A stretch of DNA of 64,000 nucleotides from assembly GCA_046861395.1 (NCBI GenBank), contig JBHHUC010000003.1, positions 18,317 through 82,316 of the forward strand, written 5' to 3'. A model generated the notes under the pieces. It ran no database searches. It was not told the origin of the DNA and saw only the letters and a list, made by a program, of their open reading frames with translations. This DNA comes from Fidelibacterota bacterium. Lineage in GTDB: Bacteria; Fidelibacterota; Marinisomatia; Marinisomatales; JABMOV01. The first letter of the stretch is position 1. Every line of letters starts with the position of its first letter. This document shows, in pieces, positions 28,960 through 38,019 of this stretch. The position numbers and the translations under genes were made by a program.

Positions 28960-30642
28960 ATGATACGCACTTTTTTTCTGGGCCTACTGATACCGGTCCT
29001 GACTCTTGCGCAGACCGATAATTCCGAGTTCCGAGCCACCTGGGTCATCACCTGGGAACATATGGGAACAACTGCCGAAGTCGGCCAGGCCAAGATTCGT
29101 GAAATCCTGGACAATCACGTGGCAGCCAATATGAATGCCGTCCTGTTCCAGGCCCGGCAATCAGGTACCGCCTATTATAATTCATCTTACGAACCCTGGG
29201 GCTATTACGCCGGGTATCAGGACCCCGGCTATGATCCCCTGGTGTACGCTGTCTCCGAAGCACATAAACGCGGACTTGAGCTTCATGCCTGGTTCAATGT
29301 TTTCCAGGCTTCGAGTATGCACACCGGAGCACCGGCCTATGAACACCCGGAATGGGTATGCCGGGATCAAAGTGGAATTCCCATGAATGAGGCCCGTGCC
29401 TTGAGCCCGGGACTTGATGCCGTCCGTGAATACACACTCAATGTCGCCATGGAATTGGTCAACAATTATGATATTGACGGTTTACACCTGGACTATATCC
29501 GATGGAATGAATATTCCAACGGCCGGAGGCAGGATTTAACCCCTCAGGAGGAAGAAAGTCTGCTGGACGGAATAATCAGTGAAACACAGCTTCAGGCCCT
29601 GGAAAACAGCCGTACCGGACGTTACCTGTATGATGTTGACCATCCCTACAGTGCCGGTGTACCGGCCGGGTTTTCTTCCTGGGAAGAATGGTGGCGGTGG
29701 AGTGTTACCGAATTTGTCCAGCAATTGCATGATTCCATCCAAGCCATAAAACCCTACGTGCGATTAAGTGCTGCCGCGCTGGGCAAGTATAACTGGTCTG
29801 GGTGGCAGGGCTACGGGTCGGTGTATCAGGATGCGGCCTTGTGGTTCAATCAGGGCTATGTCGATCAATTAACACCCATGCATTACCATTGGACCAACGC
29901 ATCCGGGTTCCTGGGGATGCTGGTCAATGATTGCCCCAACTGCTGGTCGGATTATCTCACCGATGGAATCATGGCCAATCGTATTTACAGTGTCGGGCCG
30001 GGTTCGTACATCCTCGACGAAAACGGTGTCTGGTCCAACCATGAATCCATCATCAATGCCGTCCGAACCGTTGACTGGGTGGACGGTTTTCAGTTTTTCA
30101 GTTACGGTACATGGGATTATCACGATTATTGGTCCGATGCCAGAGAAACATTTTTCAGCCGGAAAACAAAAATGCCTGTCAATGTATCTGGAACAGGAAC
30201 GGCGCCGGCGGCGCCAAATCTGATGCTTACGGCCCTGGACAGCCTGCATTATGACATTCAGGTTGTACCGGCTGGCGGTACGGTGTCATGGACCATCATA
30301 TATCGTTCCCAAGATGACGTGGTGGATCTTTCATCCGATGAAATTATCCATGTGGACTTTGGCGATTCCCTGGTTCATTTCACAGATGAATTCGACGGAA
30401 CTCAGGATTATAATGGCACCTATTTTTATTACGCAACTCAGGCCAATCGTTTCTGGGCCGAATCTGAGCCATCGATTGCTGCAGAATCCGACTCCATACC
30501 ATCCTTTGCGCCGGTCATAATCAGTTCCTATCCGGTCCCTCAGGATTCGGTTCCGGTTGCCATCGAAAACCATGGATCCCGCGACCGCCAGTGGTGCGAT
30601 TACAATCACACCGGATCCCGGTCACAGTCTGGTGTGGCGTAA
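28960..30642 (+). CDS. GHL10 (DUF187, DigH/YddW-like) glycoside hydrolase, N-terminal part of a frameshifted gene
   Basis: Signal peptide; EFRATW, FQ.R..G.AYY.S..EPW, DPL...EAHKRGLELHAWFN, YDIDGLHLDYIR, YQD...W...G.VD.L.PM.Y motifs. The last ~24 codons appear to be out-of-frame read-through. Confidence 0.88.
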   Translation: MIRTFFLGLLIPVLTLAQTDNSEFRATWVITWEHMGTTAEVGQAKIREILDNHVAANMNAVLFQARQSGTAYYNSSYEPWGYYAGYQDPGYDPLVYAVSEAHKRGLELHAWFNVFQASSMHTGAPAYEHPEWVCRDQSGIPMNEARALSPGLDAVREYTLNVAMELVNNYDIDGLHLDYIRWNEYSNGRRQDLTPQEEESLLDGIISETQLQALENSRTGRYLYDVDHPYSAGVPAGFSSWEEWWRWSVTEFVQQLHDSIQAIKPYVRLSAAALGKYNWSGWQGYGSVYQDAALWFNQGYVDQLTPMHYHWTNASGFLGMLVNDCPNCWSDYLTDGIMANRIYSVGPGSYILDENGVWSNHESIINAVRTVDWVDGFQFFSYGTWDYHDYWSDARETFFSRKTKMPVNVSGTGTAPAAPNLMLTALDSLHYDIQVVPAGGTVSWTIIYRSQDDVVDLSSDEIIHVDFGDSLVHFTDEFDGTQDYNGTYFYYATQANRFWAESEPSIAAESDSIPSFAPVIISSYPVPQDSVPVAIENHGSRDRQWCDYNHTGSRSQSGVA

Positions 30643-32020
30643 CAATGACAAAACACTGGACATTAACTTTTTCTATAATCTGGACTACGCAACAACATAT
30701 GCTATTTCCATTACTTCGGCCCTGAAGGACATAAACCAGGTTGGACTGGACAGTGATCAGGATGGGATCCCGGATGACAATTATGTGCTGACTTTTTATA
30801 CCTATGACGAAGATCTCTTCGGGCCTCAGATCAACGGTGGTACGGTAACGGATATTTCCCCCTCCCAATCCCTGGATATCGGTCAGCTTATTACGGTCGT
30901 TTTTGATGAAGAAGTGCAATCCTCTTCACTGAACAGTAATACCGTTCAGTTAATCAAGAACAACTCCCCTGTTCCTTACGGCTATCATCATTCCGTCCTG
31001 AATGATCATTCCATATATACACTCCGACCGGCCACCGGAAATCTTGACCCGAATTCCGTGTATGAATTATCGTTTCTGGACGGCATTAATGACCTGTATG
31101 GCAATACCATGACTCCGGTGACATTTTCCTTTTCGTCGGAACCCATGAGTTACAGTAATGTCATCATGATTGAGGAATTTGATAATGTCAATAACTGGTG
31201 GGACCCCACCGGCAGTGGTTCTACCGTTGGTATTTTATCCGGTACCTCCTTCGGGACCAGCAATCAAATCTATATTCCGGGTACCTATCCGACGCGATCC
31301 GGAAAATTATCCTATGTATGGGACACCGGTGCCAGTGAATGGCTGATTCGGGAATATCTGTCCGGCGGTCCGCCCCGGGATGTACAGTTTGACACCAGTT
31401 ATACGCTGGAATGTTTTATCTATGGCGACGGAAGTCATAATTATTTCCGCTTTGCCTTGGATGATCATTTACCAACCACCGCTGCCGCTTATCATGAAGT
31501 CAGTCCCTGGTATGAAATTGACTGGGAAGGATGGAAACTGGTTTCCTGGGACCTGGGAAGTGATCCAACCGGATCATGGTTGGGAAATGGTATTCTGGAG
31601 GGGACTTTACGAACAGACAGCTTCCAAATGACTTACAATCCCGATTATCAAATCAGTTCCGGTACCATCTATTTTGACGATTACAGGTTGGTTCAGAAAT
31701 ATTATAATCTGGCTACGGTCGATGATCGGCCCGCAGTGCCGGCCCAGGTGAAATTATATCCCAATTATCCCAATCCCTTCAACCCAGTGACTCATATTGC
31801 GTTTGATGTTCCCGTGGCCGGATTAACAACCCTGTCCGTTTATGATCTTCAGGGACGCCTGATTCGGGAATTAGTCCGGGAATATTTAACACCGGGACAT
31901 CATCGGGTCACCTGGAATGGAACGGACCGCACCGGAGAATCCGTATCGTCCGGGATGTATTTTTGCCGGCTGCAAACGGAATACGGTCAACAGACAATTA
32001 CCCTGGTTTATATGAAATAG
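30557..32020 (+). CDS. C-terminal part of the GHL10 gene: Ig-like (Big_5) domains, CBM-like domain, T9SS type-A-like C-terminal domain
   Basis: Starts mid-Ig domain (SKTMD..ITITP) with no signal peptide; collinear with the C-terminal half of the amidase at 32025-34526; NYPNPFNP C-terminus. Confidence 0.8.
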   Translation: MPSKTMDPATASGAITITPDPGHSLVWRNNDKTLDINFFYNLDYATTYAISITSALKDINQVGLDSDQDGIPDDNYVLTFYTYDEDLFGPQINGGTVTDISPSQSLDIGQLITVVFDEEVQSSSLNSNTVQLIKNNSPVPYGYHHSVLNDHSIYTLRPATGNLDPNSVYELSFLDGINDLYGNTMTPVTFSFSSEPMSYSNVIMIEEFDNVNNWWDPTGSGSTVGILSGTSFGTSNQIYIPGTYPTRSGKLSYVWDTGASEWLIREYLSGGPPRDVQFDTSYTLECFIYGDGSHNYFRFALDDHLPTTAAAYHEVSPWYEIDWEGWKLVSWDLGSDPTGSWLGNGILEGTLRTDSFQMTYNPDYQISSGTIYFDDYRLVQKYYNLATVDDRPAVPAQVKLYPNYPNPFNPVTHIAFDVPVAGLTTLSVYDLQGRLIRELVREYLTPGHHRVTWNGTDRTGESVSSGMYFCRLQTEYGQQTITLVYMK

Positions 32021-32024
32021 AATA

Positions 32025-34526
32025 TTATTGCAGCAATACCATCCGTTTGGACAGGCTGTTGCCATTGAAATTCAGGGTGTAGATATAAATACCCGAAGCC
32101 AACCGGGAGCCGGAGTCATCACGTCCGTCAAAGGTGATTTCATGATAACCGCCATTCAGGCGGGACTGTACCAGCGTGCGCACTACCTGACCCGTAAGAG
32201 AATAAATCTGCAGGTATACGGAAGACGCATACGGCAGAGTGAACCGGATTGTGGTTGTCGGATTGAAAGGATTTGGGTAGTTCTGGTGGAGTGAGAAATC
32301 ATATGGAATGGCAATGTCCGGATCATTGTTCAGAGTATACGTATCAATGACCTGCAGATCGTCGATATATAGTTGACCTGAGGGGGGATTTCCCACCTGG
32401 TATGATAACTGAAAACTGTCAAAATGCAGGGTGCCATCTAACGTACCGTCCCCTAACCATTCACCGGTACCGTCGGTTGCCATATTCCATGCAACACGTC
32501 GCCAACCAATCCAATCGATGGTGAACCAAGGACTTACCTCATGGTTTTCGGCAGCCAGCACAGGATAGTTATCATCCACGCAAAACCGGAATAATGTTCC
32601 ATTCCCATCGCCAAATATATAGGTCTGCAAAGTGCGATTACTGGAGAATGTTTTGGCATAAGGCTCTCCCCCACTGAGATATTCCCGTATCAGCCAGTCT
32701 GTGGCGTCAACGTTCCAGCCATAATTCAGTCGCATGGACCGTTGACTTCCCGACAAATAATTGATGATTATGGTATCTGATCCCAATCCCGTCTGTTCGG
32801 GAATCGTTCCCGTGGTACTCCCGCTTTGTGCCGGATCCCACCAATTGGATAATACTGCCGATTCAAAATCATCTATATTGTTAACTATCCAGTCCGTATC
32901 CCCCGTCTGAAAACTATAACTGCGCCAGTTGGCCTCTGTATTCCCGAACGCATCGTATAATCCGGGAGCAATGCGTAAAACGTATACCTCCTGCGGTAGC
33001 AAGTCTTCCAGGGGAAACAGATTCACAACACTCCGGGTGCCAATCGTATAATATTGCAGATTAGTAGGAACATTGGTAGAGGAATTGAAATTTTCCAGAT
33101 GAATAACCTGATCCAGAGTATCAGGATTGCCCAGTATTTCATCAAATTCAACGGCCGGAATCAAAGAGAGTTCGATATGATTCCCATAAGCTGGTGGAAA
33201 AACGGATACAATTTGTGGTGGTGCAATATCACTGGCACTGCTGCGATAATGCAGAATAAAGTCTCCCCCGGGCTGTCCATCACCATCACCATCCAATTGA
33301 TGTCCATATACATCGGTTGCCACATCCTGGATAGTGAGGATCATATCCTGTTCAAACAGGCTTGAATCGGGAAAAATATTCAGTGTTTTATGATTATTCA
33401 TCCATCCGATATAAAAGGGAATTTCCGGTGTAAAGGAAATCAGTGTATCGAAACCGGGATGGAACATGGAACGGGAAAAATCGACCCGTATGGGATCCCA
33501 GGCCGGATAGCCCTGAAAACCTTCTTCCGGTGTTGTGGTAATCACCTGAGGGGGAGCCGAGGATAGCAACTCAATATCATGGAAGGTGAAAAACTCCGGT
33601 TGAATGGTAACCAACAAGGTATCATTGTAATAATTATCGGCGCTGACAATCAGGCTCAATGTCGTGTCGGGCAGGTTTTCAATGAAGTAGAACCCGTTTC
33701 TTAATTCGTCCGGATTGTTTGAATATTGATGGAACAGGGATGCGTATGAATCAGTAGTATAAACCTGACTGTCAATCTCAACCGTTGCATTATTGATTGG
33801 TTCACCACTTTCCAGATCACGAATTATACCGGTACAGATCCCAACCGGAGGCCGGGTTATGTTATGATAATCAAGAATTGACCAGTAAAACGTATAGGCC
33901 AGTAACCGTTTATATTCTTCATTCATATCCAATTGATTCTGAGTCGGATTGGTATGATGCCCCTCTTCGCTCAGTTCGGAAGGCATATTGGTATTACGAT
34001 TGACATAAAGGTAGGGGCCGCCTGAGGATTGACAATAGGAACTATAGGAATAAAAACTGCAATCACCCCACGACCCGATGGTAGGAATCCTCATTCCTTG
34101 GGTCAGAAGGTCGATCATGATCGCGCTCATGTCTTCACCACCCACAGGAGGGTCAGGTTGACCATTGTATAATTGACCCCACAGCAATAAAGTATTATTA
34201 TGGTCCGGAGCCCCGGCATTGCTATGTATTGAATGATACCAGGCCGCACCCAGCGAATTGGCGTAGTTGGTTCGCTGGTATAAGGAAACATTCTGCTGGT
34301 CATTGGTTCGGGATAAATACACCGTATCAATATCAGTCTGCGACATGAGAATGTTTTTCAAATGCAGGGCTACCCGTAAAACTTCCTCCGCCTCCGAATA
34401 TCCGTTTACACCCATGTTTTGCGTCTGACTATGTCCCGGATCAACGAAAATGTTCCACCCGGCCAGGCCCGTGACCTGCGGGAATGATACACCCATGAAT
34501 AAAACGAGTAATCCATATATTTTCAT
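32025..34526 (-). CDS. Secreted N-acetylmuramoyl-L-alanine amidase (Amidase_3) with Ig-like, CBM-like and T9SS type-A-like C-terminal domains
   Basis: DPGH..E, SL.QR..AN, SIHSNA, LSEEG zinc-amidase motifs; QNYPNPFNPTT..ASG.Y..KRMVLLQ C-terminus. Confidence 0.9.
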   Translation of the reverse strand: MKIYGLLVLFMGVSFPQVTGLAGWNIFVDPGHSQTQNMGVNGYSEAEEVLRVALHLKNILMSQTDIDTVYLSRTNDQQNVSLYQRTNYANSLGAAWYHSIHSNAGAPDHNNTLLLWGQLYNGQPDPPVGGEDMSAIMIDLLTQGMRIPTIGSWGDCSFYSYSSYCQSSGGPYLYVNRNTNMPSELSEEGHHTNPTQNQLDMNEEYKRLLAYTFYWSILDYHNITRPPVGICTGIIRDLESGEPINNATVEIDSQVYTTDSYASLFHQYSNNPDELRNGFYFIENLPDTTLSLIVSADNYYNDTLLVTIQPEFFTFHDIELLSSAPPQVITTTPEEGFQGYPAWDPIRVDFSRSMFHPGFDTLISFTPEIPFYIGWMNNHKTLNIFPDSSLFEQDMILTIQDVATDVYGHQLDGDGDGQPGGDFILHYRSSASDIAPPQIVSVFPPAYGNHIELSLIPAVEFDEILGNPDTLDQVIHLENFNSSTNVPTNLQYYTIGTRSVVNLFPLEDLLPQEVYVLRIAPGLYDAFGNTEANWRSYSFQTGDTDWIVNNIDDFESAVLSNWWDPAQSGSTTGTIPEQTGLGSDTIIINYLSGSQRSMRLNYGWNVDATDWLIREYLSGGEPYAKTFSSNRTLQTYIFGDGNGTLFRFCVDDNYPVLAAENHEVSPWFTIDWIGWRRVAWNMATDGTGEWLGDGTLDGTLHFDSFQLSYQVGNPPSGQLYIDDLQVIDTYTLNNDPDIAIPYDFSLHQNYPNPFNPTTTIRFTLPYASSVYLQIYSLTGQVVRTLVQSRLNGGYHEITFDGRDDSGSRLASGIYIYTLNFNGNSLSKRMVLLQ

Positions 34527-35458
34527 CGGTTTACTCGAATTTCGTATAACTTGGTGTCATCATTGTCAAAGATGATGGATGTCCCATCCGGTTGCCAGGT
34601 CGGCCGCATTGCTAATTCCTGAAATCCATCGGTTATATTTTGTAAACCGGTTCCATCCACTCGAACAATGTATATGTCCGATGACAGGATTTGATAACCA
34701 TCGTCCGTTGTTTTCATAAAGGCCAGTTGTTTGCCGTCTGGTGACCAGACCGGATTATTTCCGGCGCCAATATCAATGATCTTCTGTGTCCGGATATTGA
34801 GAATAAACAGATTCCCACCGTATTCTTCGAATGCCAAATGCACACGATCCGGACCGACGGCAATTGTCAAAATGGGATATGGTCGATCCGTGACGGTTGT
34901 CCGACTCCCCAGTGAGGGGTCAATCTTTTCAATGCGTGTTCCCATAGCCCGGTAATACGGTTGGGAAATGATTGCCGGGTTTTCCCTGACCGTAATGGGT
35001 TCACCATCATATCCCTGCAATAGAATGGCATTGGGGGCAATCCACTGCGGCTTCCCAGGAAGATTCTCCCTGTCGGAAATGAGATAGTGGTTTTGATTCG
35101 TTTTAATATGATAGACTACCAGGGAATTATACCGGCGATTCTGAAAAAATATTGCCGGTTTATAAACAATATCATCACCGGTTGGTGACCAGGCATAGCC
35201 AAATCCGGCCGCCTTGGCCGATGTAATTTCCTCAACCTTTTTTGTTCCCATCCTCCAGATATAAAGCCCGGAATAACCGGGTGTCGTAAAGGCAATAACT
35301 GGCCGTGTCGGAGAAGGCCTGGCGGCGATAATTCCATTTTTATACTGAAATAGTAATTCCGGTTGTTGACTTAACCCCGGTTGGATGAAGCCACCAAGAA
35401 TAAGCATCGCCAAAATGCAGACTGGTTGTTTCAATGTTGTAATATACCGTTTGAACAT
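34523..35458 (-). CDS. TolB-like PD40/WD40 beta-propeller exported protein
   Basis: AWSPTGD.IVY, PVWSPDGKQLAF, PTWQPDG repeats; N-terminal signal; ATGA overlap with the amidase gene. Confidence 0.82.
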   Translation of the reverse strand: MFKRYITTLKQPVCILAMLILGGFIQPGLSQQPELLFQYKNGIIAARPSPTRPVIAFTTPGYSGLYIWRMGTKKVEEITSAKAAGFGYAWSPTGDDIVYKPAIFFQNRRYNSLVVYHIKTNQNHYLISDRENLPGKPQWIAPNAILLQGYDGEPITVRENPAIISQPYYRAMGTRIEKIDPSLGSRTTVTDRPYPILTIAVGPDRVHLAFEEYGGNLFILNIRTQKIIDIGAGNNPVWSPDGKQLAFMKTTDDGYQILSSDIYIVRVDGTGLQNITDGFQELAMRPTWQPDGTSIIFDNDDTKLYEIRVNR

Positions 35459-35504
35459 TAGATGGAAGTTAGCGGCGGAAGGGTGCCGTTGAATACAAAA
35501 GGGT

Positions 35505-35538
35505 AAAAAAAAGAGCCCGCAAAATAACGGGCTCTTTT
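35505..35538 (-). terminator. Rho-independent terminator downstream of 35558-37906
   Basis: Inverted repeat AAAAGAGCCCG (35509-35519) / CGGGCTCTTTT (35528-35538) with an 8-U tract on the minus strand. Confidence 0.85.
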
Positions 35539-35557
35539 AGATCCAACTGAGTTGGGA

Positions 35558-37906
35558 TTATTTTACCAGAAGCATTCGCTTGGTAACCATACTCTGACCA
35601 TTGGTTAAGGTATAGATATACATACCACTGGCCAATCCATTGGCATTGAATTGAACCACATGGTGTCCAACCGGCATAACACCGTTAACCAATGTTGCAA
35701 CTTCACGACCCATTACATTATAGACAACCAGTTTAACCTTATCGGACGTGTAAAGTTCGAATTCAATATTCGTGGTCGGATTGAATGGGTTGGGATAGTT
35801 CTGGTACAGGTTGAAGGCTGACGGAACAACGGCAATATTATCATCCGTTGAGAGGGCAGCGGTAAATTTCAACACCCGGCTACCATCGAAATCACAGACA
35901 TAAGCCGTATTACCATCCGCTGAGAATGTAATCCCGCGAGGCGCACGAATCGTATCACCCTGGGCAACCGCCGAAGAATTAAACGATACTCCGTATGGCT
36001 GACCTGTTCCAATGGAACCCACCAATTGATGGTTGGCACCCGGATCAATTTCATAATATCCGGTGAAATCACCTTCCGCTACATCCCAGTACGTTCCTAC
36101 CCATATGGTACTGTCCGGACCCCAGTCCAGAATCTGTCCCCACATGACTTCCTTGTACAGAATGTCTTCCACTAACCAAGTCCCTTCCGGATCCGTACCA
36201 ACATAATGGAATACTCCATTATTGTGCGTGCCGCCGTAAATCCGACCATGGTAAATCTCGGTGCCGGCATTGTTCACGATTAAGGTCCGGCTGATCGCAT
36301 TGTTCTCACCATCAAATAGTGTATTGACCAGTCCACTCCAATCAACGGCTGCACCTGTATAATCATTCGGTAAATCCAGTGATGCATCAAATACCCAAAT
36401 CGGGTTACCGCTGGGAACGACCATCGTAATGAACATATAGCCATCCGGAGTGGTCGCCGCTTCTGTTAATGAACCCGGAAAATCATATAAGGCTCCAATG
36501 CCTTCTCCCGTCTGATAGTTGATCTGCCAGACATCGTTGTAGGCCGAATACAGAACATTTCCATTGTGATCCAAGGAAATACCCCGGCATCCGTTCCACA
36601 TTGTATCTACACGACCATCCGACCAACTAATGGTTCGAATCGGTGAAAATGAGGCCTGTGTACCATCCGGTTCATATACGTAAATCGGCTTGATCGGGAT
36701 TGTGTCATTCGGTAAACCTAAGGTGTCCGAATAGGCATAGTAACCTACCCAAATACGCCCGTTGGCATCTACCACAGCCGCGTGCGGCTGTTTACCAACC
36801 ACAAAATCACTGTCATAGGTCCAACCTGCGAACGAAGGATCATCCTGATAAGGCGGAACCGTGGTGGTGGTGGCATCATAGGTAAATTTCAACACCCGGC
36901 TACCATCGAAATCACAGACATAAGCCGTATTACCATCCGCTGAGAATGTAATCCCGCGAGGCGCACGAATCGTATCACCCTGGGCAACCGCCGAAGAATT
37001 AAACGATACTCCGTATGGCTGACCTGTTCCAATGGAACCCACCAATTGATGGTTGGCACCCGGATCAATTTCATAATATCCGGTGAAATCACCTTCCGCT
37101 ACATCCCAGTACGTTCCTACCCATATGGTACTGTCCGGACCCCAGTCCAGAATCTGTCCCCACATGACTTCCTTGTACAGAATGTCTTCCACTAACCAAG
37201 TCCCTTCCGGATCCGTACCAACATAATGGAATACTCCATTATTGTGCGTGCCGCCGTAAATCCGACCATGGTAAATCTCGGTGCCGGCATTGTTCACGAT
37301 TAAGGTCCGGCTGATCGCATTGTTCTCACCATCAAATAGTGTATTGACCAGTCCACTCCAATCAACGGCTGCACCTGTATAATCATTCGGTAAATCCAGT
37401 GATGCATCAAATACCCAAATCGGGTTACCGCTGGGAACGACCATCGTAATGAACATATAGCCATCCGGAGTGGTCGCCGCTTCTGTTAATGAACCCGGAA
37501 AATCATATAAGGCTCCAATGCCTTCTCCCGTCTGATAGTTGATCTGCCAGACATCGTTGTAGGCCGAATACAGAACATTTCCATTGTGATCCAAGGAAAT
37601 ACCCCGGCATCCGTTCCACATTGTATCTACACGACCATCCGACCAACTAATGGTTCGAATCGGTGAAAATGAGGCCTGTGTACCATCCGGTTCATATACG
37701 TAAATCGGCTTGATCGGGATTGTGTCATTCGGTAAACCTAAGGTGTCCGAATAGGCATAGTAACCTACCCAAATACGCCCGTTGGCATCTACCACAGCCG
37801 CGTGCGGCTGTTTACCAACCACAAAATCACTGTCATAGGTCCAGTCAGCAAACAATGCAGTTGATAGAATCAGGGCTAAAAACGATATTGTTAGCATTCT
37901 CTTCAT
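35558..37906 (-). CDS. Secreted protein with two identical ~321-aa beta-propeller-like domains and a T9SS type-A-like C-terminal domain
   Basis: Signal peptide; NHL/YVTN-like blades (PH...VD.NGRIWVG; PRGITFS.DG..AYV.DF); QNYPNPFNPTT..KRMLLVK C-terminus. Confidence 0.85.
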   Translation of the reverse strand: MKRMLTISFLALILSTALFADWTYDSDFVVGKQPHAAVVDANGRIWVGYYAYSDTLGLPNDTIPIKPIYVYEPDGTQASFSPIRTISWSDGRVDTMWNGCRGISLDHNGNVLYSAYNDVWQINYQTGEGIGALYDFPGSLTEAATTPDGYMFITMVVPSGNPIWVFDASLDLPNDYTGAAVDWSGLVNTLFDGENNAISRTLIVNNAGTEIYHGRIYGGTHNNGVFHYVGTDPEGTWLVEDILYKEVMWGQILDWGPDSTIWVGTYWDVAEGDFTGYYEIDPGANHQLVGSIGTGQPYGVSFNSSAVAQGDTIRAPRGITFSADGNTAYVCDFDGSRVLKFTYDATTTTVPPYQDDPSFAGWTYDSDFVVGKQPHAAVVDANGRIWVGYYAYSDTLGLPNDTIPIKPIYVYEPDGTQASFSPIRTISWSDGRVDTMWNGCRGISLDHNGNVLYSAYNDVWQINYQTGEGIGALYDFPGSLTEAATTPDGYMFITMVVPSGNPIWVFDASLDLPNDYTGAAVDWSGLVNTLFDGENNAISRTLIVNNAGTEIYHGRIYGGTHNNGVFHYVGTDPEGTWLVEDILYKEVMWGQILDWGPDSTIWVGTYWDVAEGDFTGYYEIDPGANHQLVGSIGTGQPYGVSFNSSAVAQGDTIRAPRGITFSADGNTAYVCDFDGSRVLKFTAALSTDDNIAVVPSAFNLYQNYPNPFNPTTNIEFELYTSDKVKLVVYNVMGREVATLVNGVMPVGHHVVQFNANGLASGMYIYTLTNGQSMVTKRMLLVK
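35861..37843. repeat. Perfect direct repeat, 963 bp x2 (35861-36823 and 36881-37843; period 1020 bp; 57-bp unique spacer)
   Basis: Line-by-line comparison at an offset of 1020 nt showed no mismatch. Confidence 0.97.
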
Positions 37907-38001
37907 TGCAACTCCCTGCGTTAGTTTGGTTTTAAGATGAATAGCATTATGAAATATTTATCGTTGCAAGGTAACACTAAATCGAAATATTTTCAATTGA
38001 T

Positions 38002-38019
38002 TTATGCTCCTTATGCTCC
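38002..38019. repeat. 9-bp tandem duplication TTATGCTCC x2 abutting the stop codon of 38020-40152
   Basis: Directly visible in the sequence. Confidence 0.8.

Larger units (their letters stand above)
28960..32020 (+). pseudogene. Full-length GHL10-Ig-CBM-CTD gene (~1026 aa) interrupted by a frameshift at ~30563-30568 (real lesion or assembly error)
   Basis: The Ig domain begins in the upstream frame (APVIISSYP..VPVAIE) and continues in the +1 frame (SKTMD); about 5 residues are missing relative to the paralog. Confidence 0.7.

Noticed and set aside
30557..30642. Programmed ribosomal frameshift joining the two GHL10 ORFs
   Set aside because: No convincing slippery site or stimulator, and a simple shift would still lack the conserved Ig strand present in the paralog.
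35861..37843. 963-bp repeat as a DGR template/variable pair or a mobile-element terminal repeat
   Set aside because: No adenine-specific mismatches, no reverse transcriptase or transposase nearby, and both copies are in-frame domains of one protein.
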